In this document: positions 7,701 to 14,353 of the stretch, in pieces
Numbering within the stretch: position 1 is the stretch's first letter
How the letters are laid out: each line of letters begins with the position of its first letter
Origin: a virus
Taxonomy: Duplodnaviria; Caudoviricetes
DNA: 37,046 bases
Virus record (IMG/VR): IMGVR_UViG_3300022695_000008
Coordinates: 1-37,046 of that record
Strand: one strand, 5' to 3'
Position numbers and translations under genes: made by a program
Notes under the pieces: generated by a model
Told to the model about the DNA's origin: nothing
Database searches by the model: none
The model's input: the letters and a program-made list of their open reading frames with translations, nothing else

Positions 7701-9985
7701 CCCACAATGAATTTAGAGAGGCGGGGTATCGGGTGTTTGGGCTGTACGGTGCAGACGCTGATAATAACTGCGCTTGCGGCAACCCAACATGCCCAGCGGC
7801 ATACAAACACCCCATAGCTGCCAACTGGCAACACACGCCCGTTTGGTCCGACGAACAGTGGGAAACCTGCCACCTAATGGGGCAGTTCAACACCGGCTAC
7901 GGTGTTATGATGCGTGGCCTATGTGTCATTGACATAGATGCCCGCAACGGCGGCGTGGCGTCATATGAGACACTGCTAAAAGAATTCCCAGACGTGGCGG
8001 GCTGTACGTTTATTGTACGTACAGGATCGGGCGAGGGGAGCAAGCACCTCTACTTCAAGGCGCCCGAAGGCAACCCCGCAATGGTCGCAAATCTGGAACG
8101 ATTCAAAGGCATCGACTTCAAATCAAGCGGATATGTGGTCGGGCCGGGGTCCATGCACAAATCAGGCAATCGTTACGAGGTCGCGTTTGGCTCGGTTGAT
8201 GATATAGACGACATGCCCCCCGCACTGGTGGAGGAACTCACAAAACCGGAGCATTTCCGCGCCGAAATAAACGGCCAGTTTGAAGACATATCAGCCGAAG
8301 ACATTGCAGACATATTGGCGTCTATCCCCAACGACAACTGCAACTATGAAGACTGGTTGCGGGTCGGTATGGGCATACATCACGCGACGGGTGGCACCGG
8401 CTATGATTTATGGGTGGTATGGTCGCAGCAATCCGCCAAGCACGATGCAGGCTCTATGGAGTACAAGTGGCACTCGTTTGGCAAGTCAATCAACCCTGTC
8501 ACGCTTGGCACCGTAATTCACATGGCGGAGCAAAACGGCTGGGTTCGGTCGGTCACATTTGATGGCGATGGGCAATCTCTGGCCTTTAATGCGCCCGAAC
8601 AGGCACAAGCGGCCACAGGTGACCTAATAGACACCAGCGGCATTGACCTTAACCGCCCGCCGGGTTTTGTCGGTGACGTTACAGCATGGATCAATACCCA
8701 GTGTCGCCGCCCCCGTGAAAAGCTTGCGGTCGCAGGTGCGCTTGTAGCCGTGGGCAACGTAATCGGCCTCAAATACATTGACGAAAAAGACGGCGTCACC
8801 AGCAACATGTTTGCGTTTTGCGTGGCGGGTTCAAGAACCGGCAAGGAGGCGATACATCAATCCATCGAAACCATACACCGCGTCGCCGGTATTGCAGGCG
8901 CTGCTCACGGCTCAATGAAGTCAGAGCAAGAAATAATGCGCAACCTTATTGATCACCAATCTTGCATCTACGATGTTGACGAGATAGGCGATCTGTTGCG
9001 AAAAATCAAAAACGCACAATCCAGCGGGGGAGCGTCCTATCTGGAAGGCATTATTGGTTTACTCATGTCCGCCTATTCCAAAACTAACGGCTATCTAAAA
9101 CCAACGGGGGACCTTGGCCGCGACCTCAAAACAGAACTACGAAAGAAACTGGCGGCTCTAACCAAGATCCTAGACGAGCGGGAAGACGACAAGGCCGAGC
9201 AGGCTCGTGTGCGCCTTGAAGCGCAGCTAAACAACATCGACAATGGTCTGGAAAAACCGTTCTTGTCGCTGATCGGCTTCACAACGCCTGTAACGTTTGA
9301 CGCTCTGGTGGATTATTCTGCCGCCACCAACGGTTTCTTTGGCCGTTCACTGGTATTCACGGAACAGGACACCGCGCCCCGCCGCAAAAAGAGGTTTCGC
9401 GCTCCGGACATGCCACAGGTCTTGGAACACACCCTCATGCGCTTGGCGCAGGACGGCACGTATAGCACGGAAGGTCGCATTGAACATTACGGCAAGCGCA
9501 ACGAAATCCCGACAGAAGAACCCGCCGCCGACATGCTGGAGGACATTGCCGACCGGTTTGACGACAACGCCGTGACCCATAAAGAGCGCACAGGGCTAGA
9601 GGCGCTCTATCTAGGGGCCTATGAGTTGGTTTCTAAGGTATCGTTCATCTTGGCGGCCCCTAGCGGCCTACGGACGTCTGAGCATGTCTTATGGGCATAT
9701 GCGCTGGTTTGTCGGGATATCGAGGAAAAGATGCATCGCGTTGTTGCTAACGACAAGGTTAAGGATGATCCTCTGGCGGCGCTTAGGTCGCGGATTATGG
9801 TACTGGTTGGTGATGAAGACGGCGAAAGTGAAGGGGTTCTTTTGAACCGAATTCGGAACTTCAAGGGGGCGGACGTCAAACAGGCCTTGCTTGGTATGGT
9901 CGAAAATGGTATTTTGATTACCGAAGAAAGTAAGCCTAAAAATGGCGGAAAACTTCACAAAAGGTTCAAAAAAGCATCGATATAG
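7697..9985 (+). CDS. PrimPol primase-polymerase + PriCT_2 + DUF3987-type helicase fusion
   Basis: CACGNPTC..YKHP, VIDIDARNGG, TGSG..SKHLYF, YEDWLRVGMGIH; P-loop-like AGSRTGKE and YDVDE. Confidence 0.9.
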   Translation: MTHNEFREAGYRVFGLYGADADNNCACGNPTCPAAYKHPIAANWQHTPVWSDEQWETCHLMGQFNTGYGVMMRGLCVIDIDARNGGVASYETLLKEFPDVAGCTFIVRTGSGEGSKHLYFKAPEGNPAMVANLERFKGIDFKSSGYVVGPGSMHKSGNRYEVAFGSVDDIDDMPPALVEELTKPEHFRAEINGQFEDISAEDIADILASIPNDNCNYEDWLRVGMGIHHATGGTGYDLWVVWSQQSAKHDAGSMEYKWHSFGKSINPVTLGTVIHMAEQNGWVRSVTFDGDGQSLAFNAPEQAQAATGDLIDTSGIDLNRPPGFVGDVTAWINTQCRRPREKLAVAGALVAVGNVIGLKYIDEKDGVTSNMFAFCVAGSRTGKEAIHQSIETIHRVAGIAGAAHGSMKSEQEIMRNLIDHQSCIYDVDEIGDLLRKIKNAQSSGGASYLEGIIGLLMSAYSKTNGYLKPTGDLGRDLKTELRKKLAALTKILDEREDDKAEQARVRLEAQLNNIDNGLEKPFLSLIGFTTPVTFDALVDYSAATNGFFGRSLVFTEQDTAPRRKKRFRAPDMPQVLEHTLMRLAQDGTYSTEGRIEHYGKRNEIPTEEPAADMLEDIADRFDDNAVTHKERTGLEALYLGAYELVSKVSFILAAPSGLRTSEHVLWAYALVCRDIEEKMHRVVANDKVKDDPLAALRSRIMVLVGDEDGESEGVLLNRIRNFKGADVKQALLGMVENGILITEESKPKNGGKLHKRFKKASI

Positions 9986-10274
9986 TAACGATATAGTACG
10001 CCCGTACTATATCGTTCCTCTTGAAATCATTACAAAAAAACGCGGTATAGCGAAATAGTACGAAATGCCCCCCCCCCTTATAAAAATTGGGAGGGGGTTA
10101 CTTTTTTGGAAAAGTGAAATTTTTGTACTATATCGCTAAATCGTTTCTTTTCTTTTTACTCTTAATTAATAATATATATAGATAATAGTTACTTAACCCT
10201 CTATCCCTAAGGAACGAAACGAGAACATCGATATAGTAAACAGGCTTAGGTTATTACTATACCGTACTACATCG
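9975..10274. repeat. putative replication origin: CGATATAGTA iterons, 14-bp inverted repeat, AT-rich tract
   Basis: Exact copies at 9978, 9989, 10229 (forward) and 10005, 10126 (reverse); 1-mismatch copies at 10051, 10255, 10265; AT-rich 10140-10195. Confidence 0.75.
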
Positions 10275-10320
10275 ATAGGTTGTGCAAAGTGAAGTTGACG
10301 CTACGTCATGCAAATAAGTC

Positions 10321-10348
10321 TTGCAAACATGTTTAACGGGTTTATATT
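10321..10348 (+). promoter_or_regulatory. putative sigma70 promoter for the rightward small-gene cluster
   Basis: TTGCAA, 16-nt spacer, TATATT; followed by RBS AGAGGA and ATG at 10384. Confidence 0.5.
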
Positions 10349-10383
10349 CAGGGTATAGGAAACACCACAGAGAGGAAACAACC

Positions 10384-10467
10384 ATGAATATCTTCGAAGC
10401 AGCAGCAGCAGCAATCATGCTAATGATGGTGGTGTATATCACACTCGCATTTATGATGGGGATTTGA
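10384..10467 (+). CDS. 27-aa hydrophobic single-TM peptide, absent from the ORF track
   Basis: MNIFEAAAAAIMLMMVVYITLAFMMGI; strong RBS AGAGGA; ends 3 nt before the next ATG. Confidence 0.6.
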   Translation: MNIFEAAAAAIMLMMVVYITLAFMMGI

Positions 10468-10470
10468 ACA

Positions 10471-10740
10471 ATGGCCTCCACAGTATACGAAACAACAATC
10501 TATTTCTGCATCGATGGGATTGAAGCAGACGATGTACCCGCCGTGTTCGAAATCGACGATACAACGGTCCAGCTGGAAACAACAGGCGGTCCAGATCAGT
10601 ACCAGCGCGAAATAGGCGCAGACCTCGTGCATTGCATGATTGGTGGTTGGAAATGCGACCGCTACCGCCTAGTAGACATCCTAAATGAGGAAGCCGTGCG
10701 CTACATCGAAGATTGCGTTGCAGAAGAGGTGGCGTCATGA
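10471..10740 (+). CDS. hypothetical acidic protein
   Basis: 89-aa ORF with ATGA overlap to the next gene. Confidence 0.7.
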   Translation: MASTVYETTIYFCIDGIEADDVPAVFEIDDTTVQLETTGGPDQYQREIGADLVHCMIGGWKCDRYRLVDILNEEAVRYIEDCVAEEVAS

Positions 10741-11042
10741 AATACACAGAACAGAAATTCGCAGACGCAATCATGGCGGAGCGATTTACCGAACAAGATA
10801 AATTCCGCCTCCGCGCACACGGCATGCCGCTTAAAATACGCCTCAAAGGCGTGAACAGAGACCACACACTCGAAACAACACACGCCAACATGACCGACCA
10901 GTGGCAACGAGCGTCAAAAATCATGCCGGGCTTTGACTGCCACAGAGAACTAAAAAAACTCCTGATCCGTGGCCTAGTCGAACGACGCGAAGAAAACCAA
11001 GAAGGCAAATCAAAGAAAGTATTCTGGAGGATCAAACCATGA
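10737..11042 (+). CDS. hypothetical protein, possible winged-helix DNA-binding domain
   Basis: Start at ATG 10737 after GAGGTGG; C-terminal RELKKLLIRGLVER...VFWRI resembles a wHTH. Confidence 0.65.
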   Translation: MKYTEQKFADAIMAERFTEQDKFRLRAHGMPLKIRLKGVNRDHTLETTHANMTDQWQRASKIMPGFDCHRELKKLLIRGLVERREENQEGKSKKVFWRIKP

Positions 11043-11203
11043 TTTATTTTTACGTGTTCAAATCAATCTTGTCTGGCCTTCTACTTGGCCTAGCAATGAT
11101 CTATGGCGGGACAGCCATGCTCACAGACGAACATCCGGCTAAAACCGACATGTTCCTAACAGCCCTGTTCTTCCTACTCCTGTCAGACGCGGTGGCACCA
11201 TGA
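11039..11203 (+). CDS. small two-TM membrane protein (54 aa), absent from the ORF track
   Basis: MIYFYVFKSILSGLLLGLAMIYGG...; GGAGG RBS; ATGA overlaps on both sides. Confidence 0.65.
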   Translation: MIYFYVFKSILSGLLLGLAMIYGGTAMLTDEHPAKTDMFLTALFFLLLSDAVAP

Positions 11204-11586
11204 GCATCACCGATCAGAAGTTTTTCGACCTGTATGTGGTCCAGTGCCGCCCGATGGAAGAAATCGCCAAGCTCGCGGGCCAGTCAATACAGGTCGCTTC
11301 GCGCCGCCGAAAACACCTCGGCATCCCAATCCGAAACGCAACCAACACAACATACGTAACCCCGTGGAAACTACGCGACCATGCAGACCACACAACGTTC
11401 GAGCGTAACCCACAAGCACACCCTCACCCCGCTTGGTGCGAAAAAGCCGAACGCGCACTAATCAAAGCAGGCAGAGACTTTACACAATGGGCGCGTATCG
11501 CTCGCAAATGGCACCTAACCCACGCACAAGTGCAACAGCGCTTTCATGCCATATGCTCACCAATCGTTATAGAGGATATAGAATAA
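11200..11586 (+). CDS. hypothetical protein with N-terminal HTH-like segment
   Basis: MEEIAKLAGQSIQVASRRRKHLGIPIR resembles an HTH. Confidence 0.65.
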   Translation: MSITDQKFFDLYVVQCRPMEEIAKLAGQSIQVASRRRKHLGIPIRNATNTTYVTPWKLRDHADHTTFERNPQAHPHPAWCEKAERALIKAGRDFTQWARIARKWHLTHAQVQQRFHAICSPIVIEDIE

Positions 11587-11911
11587 TGCGTTATTGTGAT
11601 TGTGATTATGACGAACTACCGAGCGTGTTTCGCGCAGAGGAACCTATCGCAAGGGTAACGCACAAATGCTGCGAATGTGGACACGTCATACTGCCGGGTG
11701 AAAGTTATGGAAAAGCAGTGGGGTGTTGGGATGGAAGGTGGGAAACTTATAAAACATGCGAACCATGTGCTGATTTAAGGAGTTCTATAGAATATCTATG
11801 CCCACCTATCACGGGGTTATTCGAATCTTATGGTTATGTTGTGTCACCAGAGCATGCAAAAAAAGTACGCACATCACACAGAAATCGCGTTATAGAGGAG
11901 ACAGAATAATG
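11565..11911 (+). repeat. 24-nt direct repeats flanking one gene
   Basis: CGTTATAGAGGATATAGAATAATG (11565-11588) vs CGTTATAGAGGAGACAGAATAATG (11888-11911), 22/24 identical. Confidence 0.8.
11586..11909 (+). CDS. Cys-rich zinc-finger phage protein
   Basis: Start ATG 11586 (TAATG overlap); CDC, HKCCECGH.I.PGE.Y, KTCEPC. Confidence 0.75.
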   Translation: MRYCDCDYDELPSVFRAEEPIARVTHKCCECGHVILPGESYGKAVGCWDGRWETYKTCEPCADLRSSIEYLCPPITGLFESYGYVVSPEHAKKVRTSHRNRVIEETE

Positions 11912-12157
11912 TTTGTTAACTACGACAGCCCACTACCCAAACACCCAAGAGCAACTTTCGCGGTGCAAGTGGCAATCACACTGGTAATCTTAGCAGAAAC
12001 CATCCTTGCTATGTTCGCAGCCGTGGGCATCATCGCCTCAATCGTCACAATGTACGGCGTTTCCATGTGGTGGTTCTCAGCCCTGTTCCCCGCATGGCTG
12101 GCAATATTCTTCATTGCCGTACACGCTGGCAAAGCTATGGAAGGATTTAGGATATGA
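11909..12157 (+). CDS. small membrane protein
   Basis: Start ATG 11909 (TAATG overlap, GAGGAG RBS); long hydrophobic stretches. Confidence 0.65.
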   Translation: MFVNYDSPLPKHPRATFAVQVAITLVILAETILAMFAAVGIIASIVTMYGVSMWWFSALFPAWLAIFFIAVHAGKAMEGFRI

Positions 12158-12366
12158 AACCCCTAGCCCAATGCACAACATACGGCGACCTGTGCCTGTA
12201 CAAGATGGCACACCCTGATCGTACAATGGACCAGTTGCAGGTCGAGTGGCGCAAACTATGCTCACACAAAGCGGAGTGGCGCAAAGTTGTCAACCGACAA
12301 CCAACTATCGACAGCATCCTTAATGAGGTCTTTACTGTGGTTAACCTTGACAGTTATCGCACCTAA
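12154..12366 (+). CDS. hypothetical protein
   Basis: 70-aa ORF with ATGA overlap. Confidence 0.6.
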   Translation: MKPLAQCTTYGDLCLYKMAHPDRTMDQLQVEWRKLCSHKAEWRKVVNRQPTIDSILNEVFTVVNLDSYRT

Positions 12367-12376
12367 AGAGTAAAAA
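12347..12376 (+). promoter_or_regulatory. putative promoter upstream of the packaging genes
   Basis: TTGACA (12347-12352), 18-nt spacer, TAAAAA. Confidence 0.45.
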
Positions 12377-12380
12377 GAAT

Positions 12381-12463
12381 TGAGGGGTTGAGTGTTCATG
12401 GGTCGCTCCCCCTCATAGTGCCGCCCGGTTGTTGTTTCCTTCCTCTCCTGCACCGGGCGGTAC
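12381..12463 (+). ncRNA. candidate structured RNA: two tandem hairpins, the second with a C/U-rich anti-SD-like loop
   Basis: TGAGGGG/CCCCTCA plus GAGTG/CGCTC (12381-12415); GTGCCGCCCGGT/ACCGGGCGGTAC (12418-12463) enclosing TGTTGTTTCCTTCCTCTCCTGC. Confidence 0.5.
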
Positions 12464-12482
12464 ACCAAACACAGAGGACTAA

Positions 12483-12884
12483 ATGGCAAAGCTAACACCA
12501 AAACAAGAGAAATTCGCACTGGTCTATGTGGAATGCGCAAATGCAAGTGAAGCCTATCGCCAAGCATACAACAGCGAAAACATGGCCCAGAAAACAATCT
12601 GGGAATCCGCGTGTCGCGTGTTGGCAGACCACAAGGTCGCCGCAAAGGTGATGGAAATACAAGAACGCGCCGCTGAACGCACCCTCGTAACCGTCGAAAA
12701 ACTCACCGCCAGACTGGCCGAAGTCGATGAAGCCGCCTATGCCGACGGGCAGTACAGCGCAAGCAACACCGCCATCATGGGGCAAGCCAAACTCAACGGC
12801 CTGTTAGTGGACAAGGCAGACGTGAAACACAGCGGCGACATGAAGTTTGTAACGATCTATGAGGATAAACCCCCCGGTGACTGA
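12483..12884 (+). CDS. terS: terminase small subunit
   Basis: LTPKQEKFA..YV...NASEAYRQAY motif; directly upstream of the large subunit. Confidence 0.9.
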   Translation: MAKLTPKQEKFALVYVECANASEAYRQAYNSENMAQKTIWESACRVLADHKVAAKVMEIQERAAERTLVTVEKLTARLAEVDEAAYADGQYSASNTAIMGQAKLNGLLVDKADVKHSGDMKFVTIYEDKPPGD

Positions 12885-14265
12885 ACACACGTTCTCCGTC
12901 CGCTGGTATCAGCGAGCATTCCATGAAGCGATGGTCAAGCAAGAGCAAAAACGCTTCATAGAAATAGCGCATCGCCGATGGGGCAAAGATGAAATCGTCC
13001 TAAACGCCACACGATACCTACTAACCGAACATCGTATTGGAACGTACTGGCACTGCCTGCCGGAATACGGGCAAGGCCGCAAAGCACTGTGGGATGCAGT
13101 CAACGCCAACACCGGAAAGAAAAGAATTGATGAAGCATTCCCCGAAGCCATGCGCAAGCGCACCAACAACCAAGAAATGTTTATCGAGTTCAAGACCGGC
13201 AGCACGTGGCAAATCATTGGCTCTGACAAGTACGACAGTACCGTCGGTGCCGGGCCTTGCGGAATTACCTACTCAGAGTGGGCGCTCGCTAACCCTGCCG
13301 CTTGGGGCTACCACAGACCGATGCTTATGGAGAATAACGGTTGGGCTAGCTTTATCACCACACCGCGTGGCAACAACCATTGCAAAGCCATGTTTGACAG
13401 AGCGGTCGGTTCCGAACACTGGTTCGCAGAGTTAAGCGACATACGCCACACCAACGCCCTGACCGTCGAACAGCTTGACGAAAGCCTTGGAGAATACCAA
13501 GACATTTACGGGCTGGACCTCGGCCGCGCTATCTTCGAGCAAGAATACTATTGCAGCTTTTCAGGCGCGATGGTGGGCGCTTACTTCGGATCTGAAATGT
13601 CACGCATGGAGCGCGACGGCCGTATAGCAGACGTACCAATCAACGAGGATCATCCTGTGCATTGCGTCATGGACCTCGGCAAAACAAGCAACAACCCCGT
13701 TTGGCTATTCCAAGTAATTGATGGTCAGCCCCGCGTGGTGCATTTTTACGAGCCGTCCAGTGATGACCTAGACGATTGGTGCGACGAACTACGGGCGCTC
13801 GGTTGGAATGGTAACACATATGTACCGCATGACATTATGGTCACCGAGTGGGGCAGCGGCAAAACTCGCATGGAACGCCTGCGGGACAAGAAAATGAAGC
13901 CCGTTCGCATTCCCCGCGTGTCCGTAGCTGATGGGCTACAGGCTGGACGCATTGCAATAAACGCCTGCGTCATAGATAAGACCGCCTGCGAGAAAGGCAT
14001 TGATGGCCTGAAAGCCTATCGCCGAGAATGGGACACAGACCTCAAGACGTTCCGCGAACACCCTATAAAAGACTGGTCGGAACACATCGGTTCGGCGTGG
14101 CGCTACCTTGGCCTTTGCTGGCGTGATGCCCCCAAGGAATACGTACCCAAGGCTAATCCAAAAGAACTGACGTACGAGGTGAAACCAGACGGCAGCATTG
14201 TGGGCAACATGTCAGTCCGCGAGATTGTTGAAGCCCGCATGAAAAAACGCAAGATGGAGGACTAA
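12859..14265 (+). CDS. terL: terminase large subunit (alternative start GTG 12877)
   Basis: RWYQ, Walker A variant HRRWGKD, TYSEW, ITTPRG, QEYYCSF, nuclease MDLG, PHD. Confidence 0.93.
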   Translation: MRINPPVTEHTFSVRWYQRAFHEAMVKQEQKRFIEIAHRRWGKDEIVLNATRYLLTEHRIGTYWHCLPEYGQGRKALWDAVNANTGKKRIDEAFPEAMRKRTNNQEMFIEFKTGSTWQIIGSDKYDSTVGAGPCGITYSEWALANPAAWGYHRPMLMENNGWASFITTPRGNNHCKAMFDRAVGSEHWFAELSDIRHTNALTVEQLDESLGEYQDIYGLDLGRAIFEQEYYCSFSGAMVGAYFGSEMSRMERDGRIADVPINEDHPVHCVMDLGKTSNNPVWLFQVIDGQPRVVHFYEPSSDDLDDWCDELRALGWNGNTYVPHDIMVTEWGSGKTRMERLRDKKMKPVRIPRVSVADGLQAGRIAINACVIDKTACEKGIDGLKAYRREWDTDLKTFREHPIKDWSEHIGSAWRYLGLCWRDAPKEYVPKANPKELTYEVKPDGSIVGNMSVREIVEARMKKRKMED

Positions 14266-14274
14266 GCCCTGCAC

Positions 14275-14303
14275 TTGAAAAAAACACGACGTGGTGTTAC
14301 TAT
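14275..14303 (+). promoter_or_regulatory. sigma70-type promoter with extended -10 upstream of portal
   Basis: TTGAAA, 17-nt spacer, TACTAT, preceded by TGn. Confidence 0.65.
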
Positions 14304-14314
14304 GGCCGAAACGC

Positions 14315-14331
14315 GGCTCTTGACCAGACCC
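14315..14331 (+). promoter_or_regulatory. conserved 17-mer, copy 1 (boxA-like)
   Basis: GGCTCTTGACCAGACCC; 16/17 identical to 24678-24694. Confidence 0.6.
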
Positions 14332-14353
14332 TGCTCAACCTAAGAGGCGCTTA

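Noticed and set aside
9975-10274. Repeats as a CRISPR mini-array
   Set aside because: Units are only 10-14 nt, occur in both orientations with irregular spacing, and no cas genes are present.
10397-10413. GCA trinucleotide repeat as a contingency locus
   Set aside because: Only about five in-frame units encoding poly-Ala; too short to support phase variation.
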